Source of the DNA: a virus
IMG/VR virus record: IMGVR_UViG_3300005828_000015
Span: 1 to 39,033 of that record
Length of the DNA stretch: 39,033 nucleotides
Reading direction: 5' to 3' (one strand)
The position numbers were made by a program, and so were the translations under genes. Position 1 is the stretch's first letter, and each line of letters begins with the position of its first letter. This document shows positions 8,774 through 17,604 of the stretch, one piece after another. Below the pieces are notes generated by a model that was given only the letters and a program-made list of their open reading frames with translations, searched no databases and was not told where the DNA came from.

Positions 8774-9600
8774 TTGACAGAAAAGACAGCCTAACAATAA
8801 AGCATTACTCGGGTGTTTATGATGATTATTCGTCTGACGCTGCTGACTTTATTCGAGATAACTTCTCGTTTACGATGTTATCGTCGGAATATATATACGC
8901 AGGACTTCACAAACCGTTTGGTGCCGTCTTTGTTGCACTAGAAAGCCCAAACACGGTCCCTGTCGAAATGTTCGTTGAGTATTATGATGGAAGTTCGTGG
9001 GTTGAGTCTTCGTATTTAAGTGACGAAACAAAAGGACTGTCGAGAAGTGGATTTGTTTTTTGGGACAAAACAAAAATGAGTTCAATCAGCATTGATGGAT
9101 CGGAAAGATTTTATATCAGGATCTCCCTATCGGCAAACACATCGGCAATGACATTTCGTGGGATAAACCTTATAATGTCAGATGACAGCCGAATGAAGGC
9201 AAACTTCCCTCCGATAACAGGGACAAGTTTTTACCCGGAAGGGGAGTCAAGCCATCTACTGACTCATGTCTCAGCCCGTGATGAAATTATAATGGAGCTC
9301 AGAAAGAGATATCAGAAAAACAACTCAAGCACAGCAGACCTGTGGGAAAAAATAAATGTATGGGATCTTATAGATCTATTTGAGTTGCGTGAAGCGGCAA
9401 CATACCTTGCACTTGCGAAGACCTTTCATAACATATCAGACAACACGGAGGACCACTGGTATGAAAAATATAGACACTGGTCAGAAAAATATAAGGCCGC
9501 GTTTGAGGCCGCATACTTAAGCATAGACACCGACGATGACGGAATTGATGATGTTGAGGAAGTTCAACAAACAAATAAAAGCGGAAGCTTGTACCGATGA
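8770..9600 (+). CDS. Hypothetical neck or connector-region protein
   Basis: The 276-aa ORF has ATGA coupling at both ends and lies between the head and tail genes. Confidence 0.45.
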   Translation: MIDRKDSLTIKHYSGVYDDYSSDAADFIRDNFSFTMLSSEYIYAGLHKPFGAVFVALESPNTVPVEMFVEYYDGSSWVESSYLSDETKGLSRSGFVFWDKTKMSSISIDGSERFYIRISLSANTSAMTFRGINLIMSDDSRMKANFPPITGTSFYPEGESSHLLTHVSARDEIIMELRKRYQKNNSSTADLWEKINVWDLIDLFELREAATYLALAKTFHNISDNTEDHWYEKYRHWSEKYKAAFEAAYLSIDTDDDGIDDVEEVQQTNKSGSLYR

Positions 9601-10043
9601 CACAGATGGAGAATATAACAAACGCAATTAAAGATAGACTTATTCTGGTACTGCCGCCAGAATATAAAGAGCTTGCATATGTTGAAGACGTCGAAGAGAA
9701 CAACTGGAATCAAATAATAAACGGATTTGGTGTTAGAGCGCTTGAGGCAAATGAAGTTTCTGGTGTGAACAAGGTTTATACTCTAAGTCAGACATTTGAA
9801 GTTATACTGACGGGGAGATATTTACATAGCCAGGAAGATGACGTGAGACTTAGAGATATTAGTTACCAATTGAGGGCGTTTTTGCTTGACATTTATAGGG
9901 ATCTTATAAATAATAAAGCGGGACTCCCTTTGGTTGTTATGAATGTAAGTACACTATTAATACAACCGCCAGAGATAGACTTTGAGTCAAAAAATGTTAT
10001 ACAGAGAATGGAATTTTTAGTTTTGTATCGAATATCATTATAA
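9597..10043 (+). CDS. Hypothetical neck or tail-terminator-region protein
   Basis: This 148-aa ORF lies immediately upstream of the putative major tail gene. Confidence 0.4.
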   Translation: MTQMENITNAIKDRLILVLPPEYKELAYVEDVEENNWNQIINGFGVRALEANEVSGVNKVYTLSQTFEVILTGRYLHSQEDDVRLRDISYQLRAFLLDIYRDLINNKAGLPLVVMNVSTLLIQPPEIDFESKNVIQRMEFLVLYRISL

Positions 10044-10053
10044 GGAGAAGTAA

Positions 10054-11247
10054 ATGGGAAACGCAGTTAAAAATACAACAGTCTGGGCGGCTGTTGTTGA
10101 AGACACAGAAAACGTATATAAAGCACCACAATCAGCAACAGACTATGTCCAGTCGCTTGTTGATGGCTCTGAACTTACTCCGGCAAAAGAACTATTAGAA
10201 AGAAACGTATTCACCGGAAGTATCGGAAAAAGCACACCAAGAACAGGCTTAAGAACAGCTTCGGGCGCGCTTCCCGTTGAAATGCGTGCATCTGAGACAG
10301 AAGGTCAGGCACCTGAATACGACTCCTTAATGAAATCGGCCTTGGGTGGATCGCGGAGCTTTGCTTCCTTTGATATAGATAACACAGACGCAGCAATGGC
10401 CCATACAACATCAAGAATGTATATATTAGACGTTGATATAAATAAAGTAAACGTCGGGGACGTGATAACAGTGAAGGTTCCTGGCGCTTATCACACCAGT
10501 CCGGTTTCCGCAGTAAGCAACACTCCGGGAGATGCGTATGTCGATGTTCTTATCCCTGCGTCTGGTGCCTTTGTAAATGGTCAATCAATTGCGTCGTGCT
10601 CTACCTACGTGACTGCCGAATCGGGTCATCCAAGCCTGTCTATTTCAAAATATATCGAGGCAGCGAGAAGAGAATCGGCCTCCGGGTGCAAGGTGACAAC
10701 ACTTTCGCTCGAAAACTTTACAACGGGCCAGCTCGCCAGCTGGAATTTTGCTTTCGAGGGAATGTCATTTGCACAGGTACTTGAAGCCCAGCCCCACACC
10801 CCGGACTTTGACGGACAGCTTCCCCCAATAATTTTGAGCGCTTGTGTATATCAAAACTCGGTAAAGCTCCCAGTAAACCAGCTCGGGATGAGTCTTGAAA
10901 ATGTTCTCGGATACACATCAAGTACGTGTTCAGAAAACGGAAGAACATCAAGCAGACCAACATCAAGAACAGTAACCGGCACATTAAACCCATATAAGCA
11001 AGACGACAGTGTCAGCCAGTTCGATCGTTTTAACACAAACGAGGAGTTTAGTGTATTTGCATTCGCAATGTTACCGACTGGCGTTGCCGGAGAGTACGGC
11101 GGCGTTGTTGGGATATACCTCCCGAAATGTACAATCACAGAGCTTTCTGAATCCGACTCTGATGGAATATTACAGGAGGAGTTGTCGTTTACTGCTGGTC
11201 GTGGATCGGATGGGACTTCTGAGGAACTTTACATAAGCTTTAACTAA
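10054..11247 (+). CDS. Major tail protein (positional call)
   Basis: A strong AAGGAG SD precedes this 397-aa ORF. It lies directly upstream of the chaperone pair and tape measure gene. Confidence 0.5.
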   Translation: MGNAVKNTTVWAAVVEDTENVYKAPQSATDYVQSLVDGSELTPAKELLERNVFTGSIGKSTPRTGLRTASGALPVEMRASETEGQAPEYDSLMKSALGGSRSFASFDIDNTDAAMAHTTSRMYILDVDINKVNVGDVITVKVPGAYHTSPVSAVSNTPGDAYVDVLIPASGAFVNGQSIASCSTYVTAESGHPSLSISKYIEAARRESASGCKVTTLSLENFTTGQLASWNFAFEGMSFAQVLEAQPHTPDFDGQLPPIILSACVYQNSVKLPVNQLGMSLENVLGYTSSTCSENGRTSSRPTSRTVTGTLNPYKQDDSVSQFDRFNTNEEFSVFAFAMLPTGVAGEYGGVVGIYLPKCTITELSESDSDGILQEELSFTAGRGSDGTSEELYISFN

Positions 11248-11257
11248 GGGGTTAATT

Positions 11258-11644
11258 GTGAGAAAGGTTTATTCAACCAACGATAGAATCAGACTTAAGA
11301 TCGGAGATCTTACAGTATTCTTCAGGCCGTTAACTTATGCAGAAAAATCAGAGATCCAGGCAAGCATGATGTCTGGTAGCGTAAAGGGAGCAATGCAGGG
11401 GGCGTATGATACGCTCCGTGCCGCGCTTGTTGATGTTCAGGGGTTAGAGTATCACGACGGGTCGAGCTTTAAATATGATGAAGACAAGTTCGACGACATT
11501 CTAAACTTGCCGGAGTCGCCAACAATGACGAAGGCAGCACTAAACCTTTTAAGCAACGTACCTGATGAGTTTAAAGACCCCGAGAGCGGTCTAAAGCTTG
11601 ATGGAGTTGAAATACTTAAGGAGGAGTCAGCAGGAAAAAAGTAG
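11258..11644 (+). CDS. Tail assembly chaperone (lambda G-like)
   Basis: This 128-aa acidic ORF with a GTG start ends in the slippery heptamer A_AAA_AAG followed by TAG. It occupies the position just before the tape measure gene. Confidence 0.7.
   Translation: MRKVYSTNDRIRLKIGDLTVFFRPLTYAEKSEIQASMMSGSVKGAMQGAYDTLRAALVDVQGLEYHDGSSFKYDEDKFDDILNLPESPTMTKAALNLLSNVPDEFKDPESGLKLDGVEILKEESAGKK
11635..11641 (+). promoter_or_regulatory. Programmed -1 ribosomal frameshift site A_AAA_AAG
   Basis: The zero frame reads gga aaa aag tag. After a -1 slip the reading continues gta gaa atg ctc tgg, which is exactly the frame of ORF 11647..12093. Confidence 0.7.
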
Positions 11645-11646
11645 AA

Positions 11647-12093
11647 ATGCTCTGGGCACTACCAACATGGCTTGAGTGCATATTCCGATATTCATACATG
11701 ATTAGCGAGGTTTCTTTGATTGAATATGTTGAGATTGTTGCACACTACAACAGGTCCGCAAATGGGCCCAGGGTGGACACAAGGATAAACGGTTCGAGGT
11801 ATTCAGGCGAACAATTGAAGGCCTTAAAGGAGCAGATGGGAAAGGACAAGATGCGATCTCTTAACCTAATTATTGATGATCCAGACCGGTTTGTTTGTCA
11901 TAGATTTAGTTATTACTTTGAACTATATAGTGCATTTCAAAAAGGAATATTGCCTTATAAAGGAGCATTGGTTGACCAGCCGAACAAAATTATAGAGATA
12001 TTTAACATTTTTGCGATGCTTGACCTAGAGCGTCAAGAAAAACACATAAAAGAAATGGAACGGAGCAAGAGAAGTGGCAAACGTCGAAATTAA
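11647..12093 (+). CDS. Tail assembly chaperone extension (lambda T-like), probably expressed as a fusion with 11258..11644 by -1 frameshift
   Basis: The ORF is in the -1 frame relative to the G-like ORF and starts 2 codons after the slip site. There is no SD within 15 nt of its ATG. Its end overlaps the tape measure start. Confidence 0.65.
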   Translation: MLWALPTWLECIFRYSYMISEVSLIEYVEIVAHYNRSANGPRVDTRINGSRYSGEQLKALKEQMGKDKMRSLNLIIDDPDRFVCHRFSYYFELYSAFQKGILPYKGALVDQPNKIIEIFNIFAMLDLERQEKHIKEMERSKRSGKRRN

Positions 12094-14146
12094 AATTAAG
12101 TTTGTTGATGGAGCAGCAGCGGCGTCAGCGAACAAGTTTAAGGGAGAAGTTGAGGGTCTAAACAAGAGCGTTAAAAACTTAAACGTGAACTTAAGCTCAA
12201 CAAGCAGCTTTTTAAAGAATTTTGCCGCTAATGTTGCCTCTGATGCTGTTGGTGCGTTAACCAGAAGTATTATCGGGTTTGGTAAAGGGTCGGTTGAGGC
12301 AATAAAAAGTATCGAAACAATAAACACACAATTTGAAGTTCTAACGGGATCGGCAGCCAAGGCGGGCGATCTAGTAAAGGACTTAACTGATTTTGCTGCA
12401 AGAACACCATTCCAATTACAGGGCATTTCGGATGCGGCATCACGACTTCTTTCGTTTGGTTTTTCTGTTGAAGAGGTCAAGGATCGGATGCAGGATCTCG
12501 GTGATGTTGCGGCTGCGTCGAACTCAGACCTTGGTGAGGTTGCTCTGATTTTTGGGCAAGTTAGGGCTGCCGGAAAGCTAACGGGGGAGAGACTGCTTCA
12601 GTTACAAGAACGAGCGATCCCGATAGGCCCAGCACTGGCAAAAAGTTTGGGGGTTGCTGAGAGCGCGGTAAGAGACCTAGTTACAAAGGGAGTTGTAAGT
12701 TTTGATATATTTGAGGATGCGTTCAGGTCACTTAACGAAGAGGGCGGAATTGCCTTCGGCGGAATGGAAAAACAGTCAAAGACACTTGCTGGACGACTGA
12801 GCACGCTTGATGACAGTATAACACTTTTGCAAGCAAGCGTAGGCTCTGATTTGGCTCCCGCATTTAAGGCCGGCGCCAGTGCGTTAACTGCGTTTATAGA
12901 GTCCATACAGAATGACAAAGGGATTAGGGCATTTATTGTTGACATAGCCGACAGCATTCCGGCAGCGTTTCGCGCGGTTTCTCAAAGTCTTATTTTTGTT
13001 AACGACTCTTTTCAAAATACCAGACAAGTTTTAAATTCACTTCGTGCGGCATTCAATGCAACAGCATCTGGCGCCATAGGCGCAGCAATAGCTTTAAACG
13101 AAGCCGAAATTGCAACAAAGGCGTTTCTTGGTATAAATACAAAAAACCTTGAAAAACAAAACGCGGCACTTCAGGAACTTCGTGACACGTTTGATGAGGT
13201 TGGTGTTGAGGCAATTGAATCAAATAACAAGATAGAAAAGAGTCAACAAAAGGTTGAGGAGTTTGTTAGTAAGTCAACAGGAAATTTAATTAAAACATAT
13301 AATGACGAGAGGGCGGCACTAAAGGGTGTTGCTGAAGAGTCAGAGGATTCCGCCCAAAAACAAATTGATGTTGAAACAAAAAAGAGAGACATATTAACCC
13401 TTCTCCGTGAGAGTGACAAAATTGCTCGGGACGAGGCGGTTGCTGAAGCCGATGCTTTTGCGGAGGCCCAGGCAAGTAAGGAGTTTGCGTTTTTAGTTGA
13501 GAACCTTGGGGAGCAGGAGGCCGCTCGTGTAGCAGCACAAGCAAAAAGACTTGAAAATGAAGGAAAGACAAACGAAGCTTTAAATGCGCTTGGTGAGGCA
13601 AGGATAAAGGCAATTGAAGAACAGAATAAAATCAAGAAGAAACACGACGAACAAGCTCTAAGTGACCAGCGACGCTTTTTATCTACCGCATCGACATTAC
13701 AACAATCAAGTAACAAAGCTCTAAACGCGATAGGAAAGGCGGCGGCTATCACACAGGTTGCGATAGACACAGAGGCGGCGATTTCATCGGCATTTGCCTT
13801 TGGGACCAGGATTGGAGGTCCTACAGTTGGGTTCACGTTCGCCAGTATCGCTGCGGCGGCTCAGGCAGCGACGGCGGCCCGGATCGCAGGAATAAGCTTT
13901 GAAGATGGCGGCATTGTCCCAGGAAACTCATTTAGTGGGGACAACGTCGTTGCGAGGGTCAATTCCGGTGAGATGATACTAAATAGACAACAGCAGGCAC
14001 AACTTTTTGAACAGGCAAACGGAGCGGCCTCCGGGAGCAGACAAGAAATTGTCGTAAACACGACAGTAAACCTGGATGGTGAGGTTGTGGGAAGGTCCGT
14101 TAGTCGTCAGGTTGCAAATGGTCTCAAACTTGGAGAAGTTGTATGA
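12074..14146 (+). CDS. Tail tape measure protein
   Basis: The 690-aa protein is Ala-rich and helical. It contains the core-like segment LGDVAAASNSDLGEVALIFGQVRAAGKLTGERLLQLQERAIP and the C-terminal GGIVPGNSFSGDNVVARVNSGEMILNRQQQ. It follows the chaperone pair. Confidence 0.85.
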   Translation: MANVEIKIKFVDGAAAASANKFKGEVEGLNKSVKNLNVNLSSTSSFLKNFAANVASDAVGALTRSIIGFGKGSVEAIKSIETINTQFEVLTGSAAKAGDLVKDLTDFAARTPFQLQGISDAASRLLSFGFSVEEVKDRMQDLGDVAAASNSDLGEVALIFGQVRAAGKLTGERLLQLQERAIPIGPALAKSLGVAESAVRDLVTKGVVSFDIFEDAFRSLNEEGGIAFGGMEKQSKTLAGRLSTLDDSITLLQASVGSDLAPAFKAGASALTAFIESIQNDKGIRAFIVDIADSIPAAFRAVSQSLIFVNDSFQNTRQVLNSLRAAFNATASGAIGAAIALNEAEIATKAFLGINTKNLEKQNAALQELRDTFDEVGVEAIESNNKIEKSQQKVEEFVSKSTGNLIKTYNDERAALKGVAEESEDSAQKQIDVETKKRDILTLLRESDKIARDEAVAEADAFAEAQASKEFAFLVENLGEQEAARVAAQAKRLENEGKTNEALNALGEARIKAIEEQNKIKKKHDEQALSDQRRFLSTASTLQQSSNKALNAIGKAAAITQVAIDTEAAISSAFAFGTRIGGPTVGFTFASIAAAAQAATAARIAGISFEDGGIVPGNSFSGDNVVARVNSGEMILNRQQQAQLFEQANGAASGSRQEIVVNTTVNLDGEVVGRSVSRQVANGLKLGEVV

Positions 14147-14916
14147 GCGGGATAACCTTTTTGTCTGAGAATTATGCGTTAACTTCGAACCTAACACTGG
14201 ACACTGGGACAGAGAACGCGCAGTTTCCGTTGTCTAATTTGAAGAATGAAAAGACAGTTAAAAAGTTTAGGTCGGTTGGTAATGCCGTTGTTATTGTATT
14301 TGATCTTTTGCAAACAAGGGACATAGAGGCCGTTGCACTTGCTGGAGATGCAACCGGTCAATTTGGTATAACGTCAGCAAGCTTTAAGACGTCAGTCACT
14401 CTCGATTTCAGCGGCTCTCCAGTAAACAGTATAGGAATATCAACTGAGCAAAATATGGGCTATTCAATAATTGCCGAAGTCTCCCACCGATATGTCGAAC
14501 TTACCCTAACCGGGACGGGATCATATGTTGAGGTTGGTTCGGTTTACATCGGCCCAAAGATAAACCTGCAGTCAAATAATCTATCAATTGGCTCATTTGG
14601 ATACGGATATGATGATAATAGTGTTGTGTCAGAGAACCGTTACGGAACAAAGTTCATCGACAAATTACCCCTAAGAAAGACGCTTGTTGGTTCAATAGAA
14701 TACGCAACAAAGGCCGAACAGGAAACTTTAGATGATATGTTTATTTTTCTTGGCAAAACAAACCCTTTATGGGTTATAATAGACGAAGACGGAAACGGAA
14801 TGAACGAAGGAGAGTATAAGTTGAGCATTTATTCGTACTTGACAGAAGTACCAAGCTGGCGAGCAAGCGGCGGGCAGCATTACTCAACTCAACTGAAACT
14901 GGAGCAAGTCATATGA
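14143..14916 (+). CDS. Distal tail protein (positional call)
   Basis: This 257-aa ORF is ATGA-coupled to the tape measure gene. Confidence 0.45.
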   Translation: MSGITFLSENYALTSNLTLDTGTENAQFPLSNLKNEKTVKKFRSVGNAVVIVFDLLQTRDIEAVALAGDATGQFGITSASFKTSVTLDFSGSPVNSIGISTEQNMGYSIIAEVSHRYVELTLTGTGSYVEVGSVYIGPKINLQSNNLSIGSFGYGYDDNSVVSENRYGTKFIDKLPLRKTLVGSIEYATKAEQETLDDMFIFLGKTNPLWVIIDEDGNGMNEGEYKLSIYSYLTEVPSWRASGGQHYSTQLKLEQVI

Positions 14917-15386
14917 GCACGCTACTTGTCGATGAGCTTTACGAAGACGTTGTCTTTCGACAACCCTTCAAGATATTGAGAGATATAAACATTGCACATA
15001 TTAGAGCGTGGATATATAAACAAGGAACGCTTGTTGACGGTGACCTGACCTGCGAGGTCTATGATGGTGCAACACTACTTGCGACAACTTCTATAAATTA
15101 TTCTGTTGTGAATGCGGCCTTTAGTGAAGCCTATGCCCACGGGTTCGTCCGATTTGATTTTAGGTCACTGTCACTAAGACTACCAGAGGGACAAACAGAG
15201 AAGGAATATTTTATTGAATACTCTATGAAGAATCACACAACCGATGATGCTAACTACATAGGGATTACGCGCCGATGGGAAGAAAAGACATATCAGACCT
15301 ATGGCGTCGGTGTCTCTAACGGGGAGGCACCGAACGATTCGGTTGAACCATCGGGACTAGAACTTTTTGTTTATGACAATGTGTAG
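14913..15386 (+). CDS. Hypothetical tail-tip protein
   Basis: This 157-aa ORF is ATGA-coupled within the tail-tip operon. Confidence 0.45.
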   Translation: MSTLLVDELYEDVVFRQPFKILRDINIAHIRAWIYKQGTLVDGDLTCEVYDGATLLATTSINYSVVNAAFSEAYAHGFVRFDFRSLSLRLPEGQTEKEYFIEYSMKNHTTDDANYIGITRRWEEKTYQTYGVGVSNGEAPNDSVEPSGLELFVYDNV

Positions 15387-15394
15387 GAGAGCAA

Positions 15395-17596
15395 ATGGCC
15401 AAGCGTATTAATTTTTTCGACGGAGCACAGAGCGGGACCGTTCCAACAATAGGAAACATTACAACAACGGACCTGGTGACGTATGCAAACGACGCGGCAT
15501 TTGAGGCAGCAAACGTCGGTTCGCCGGTTGCCGGAAACATATATTTTAACACAACACTGAACCTAATAAGGTACTACAACGGATCGAGCTGGGGAAGTAT
15601 TGTTGACGAAAGCTCGACGCAGACGGTGACAAATAAGGCAATTGACGGAAGTAACAACACAATTTCAAATCTGGACGGCGATGAAGTCATAATTGATGCA
15701 ATACCAGGATTGACAGCAACTGACGCCCAAGCAGCCTTTACCGAACACCAAACCGAGATAGAACAAAACACGACCGACATTGCAACCAATGTGACGAATA
15801 TTTCGAACAACGCATCCGACATTAGTGACCTTCAAACGGATAAAGAGGACAAAGCAAACAAGGGTATTGCAAACGGCTATGCATCACTTGACTCGGGAGG
15901 AAAGGTCCCGGTTACACAACTTCCATCATCGTTGATGGAATATAAGGGAACCTGGGACGCGTCAACAAATACGCCAACACTTGCTGACGGCATAGGCGAC
16001 AACGGGGACATTTATGTTGCATCCCCCGGTGGAACACAAAACCTAGGAAGCGGAAACATAACATTTGCAACTGGTGATTGGGTTATATACAACGGATCTG
16101 TTTGGCAAAAATCAATAAATTCAGATGCCGTCCAGTCGGTTAACTCATTCACCGGAGCCGTGACATTAGACACTGACGATATTCCCGAGGGGACAAACAA
16201 ATATAACGCAACCCACACAGGCGAAGTGACCGGAAGCACCGTTCTTACTGTTGATAAAACGACCATAACAAACAAGACGATTGGCACGCCAGAATCTGGA
16301 GACTTTTTCTTGTTTAGTGACACTTCGGACTCTGGAAACATGAAGGCCGCTGACTTTTCGTCATTATCAGGAGGAGGATCCGGAGGTTCGCCAAAGCTTG
16401 TTGGCGGCGGAACTGTTTCTATGTCAATGACACAAATAATAACCGAGCAGCTTGTTTCCGACACTTCCGATCCAGCGCCGGCAATGCGATGGGAGGGAGG
16501 GACATTTACTCCATCCCAAACATTCACAGCAAACACAGTAGCAATGGACCTACGGAATGCAACGGCAACAACTGGTGACTACGAGATGTTGTTATATAAT
16601 ACGGCGGCGGGTCAACCGTCAGGAGCCCCAATTGCAACAACAGGCCCAATTGCAATAACAACCTTACCGGGAATAAATGGAACATTGATCGAAAAGCCTC
16701 TTGTCTCACCGGTCTTACTGAATTCTGGAGTAACTTATGCAATAATAGTACATAACATTGACGGAGACGGGGACGTTCGCTGGATGAAAACCGTATCTGA
16801 TCTCGGCGGAGGAGACCTCATGGGATCCAATGACGGGACCTCCTGGACGACAACCGCAGGAAGGCAGGCGGTTTACCAAATTAAAAGCGATGATTTAATT
16901 GCTATAGGGTTCACTTCTCCGCTTTTTCTTGAGGTTGCGGGCCTCGACTATGTTGATAATCGAATACCAATAACAGAATCTCCAATTATTTTTGGTACAA
17001 CAGACGAAGTTGCGTATGTAACACCAAATAACTCCTCTCCTGGACCCGACCTTAGTGTTGACGTGGGAACACTAGACGGGGTACCACCAGGGTCTGCTAT
17101 TATTGCTCGGGTCGATGGTGCCGATGTTCTTGTTGGGGACACCGATAGATATGAAGACGGGGCGGCCTCCAGGCTATACTCTGGTTCAGAGACCGATTTG
17201 GTTGAGGCACAAGGACAGCCATTTACGTACCCAGCGTTTGTTGCGGGAGTGTGGCTTGATATAACGTCCTTTGAATTGCCTCCTGGTACTTGGGACGTTC
17301 ATGTGATAGCGGTCCATAGAATAGGTTCGGCAACTCTTCCTGGAGCTGCTAGCGATTTGTACACACATATTCATACTGTACCAGGGAATGCTGTTGGGAC
17401 GACAGTGTACGGGAGCAACACCGGCGTATCACCATATAACAACCTGATATTACAAAATATGCCAACAAGCTTTAGGTCTGAAATAACCGTCTCAAGTCCG
17501 ACTACATATTACTTGAAACATGGTACAGACATATCCCCGGCGGCGAACAGCGTTAGGCTTGATTATTACAAAGTATTTGCCCGGAAAGTAAAGTAG
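15395..17596 (+). CDS. Tail fibre or receptor-binding protein
   Basis: The 733-aa protein has the N-terminal motif TNKAIDGSNNTISNL, which is common in phage fibre proteins. It also has a Gly-rich linker (SGGGSGGS) and is T/S/G/N-rich. Confidence 0.55.
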   Translation: MAKRINFFDGAQSGTVPTIGNITTTDLVTYANDAAFEAANVGSPVAGNIYFNTTLNLIRYYNGSSWGSIVDESSTQTVTNKAIDGSNNTISNLDGDEVIIDAIPGLTATDAQAAFTEHQTEIEQNTTDIATNVTNISNNASDISDLQTDKEDKANKGIANGYASLDSGGKVPVTQLPSSLMEYKGTWDASTNTPTLADGIGDNGDIYVASPGGTQNLGSGNITFATGDWVIYNGSVWQKSINSDAVQSVNSFTGAVTLDTDDIPEGTNKYNATHTGEVTGSTVLTVDKTTITNKTIGTPESGDFFLFSDTSDSGNMKAADFSSLSGGGSGGSPKLVGGGTVSMSMTQIITEQLVSDTSDPAPAMRWEGGTFTPSQTFTANTVAMDLRNATATTGDYEMLLYNTAAGQPSGAPIATTGPIAITTLPGINGTLIEKPLVSPVLLNSGVTYAIIVHNIDGDGDVRWMKTVSDLGGGDLMGSNDGTSWTTTAGRQAVYQIKSDDLIAIGFTSPLFLEVAGLDYVDNRIPITESPIIFGTTDEVAYVTPNNSSPGPDLSVDVGTLDGVPPGSAIIARVDGADVLVGDTDRYEDGAASRLYSGSETDLVEAQGQPFTYPAFVAGVWLDITSFELPPGTWDVHVIAVHRIGSATLPGAASDLYTHIHTVPGNAVGTTVYGSNTGVSPYNNLILQNMPTSFRSEITVSSPTTYYLKHGTDISPAANSVRLDYYKVFARKVK

Positions 17597-17604
17597 GGGG
17601 ACCG

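Noticed and set aside
12025-13836. Long antisense ORFs within the tape measure gene (12025..12480, 12598..12957, 13243..13836, 13290..13613)
   Set aside because: Ala/Ser/Leu-rich antisense frames are typical of GCN-rich tape measure genes. They have no SDs and are fully nested in a strongly supported CDS.
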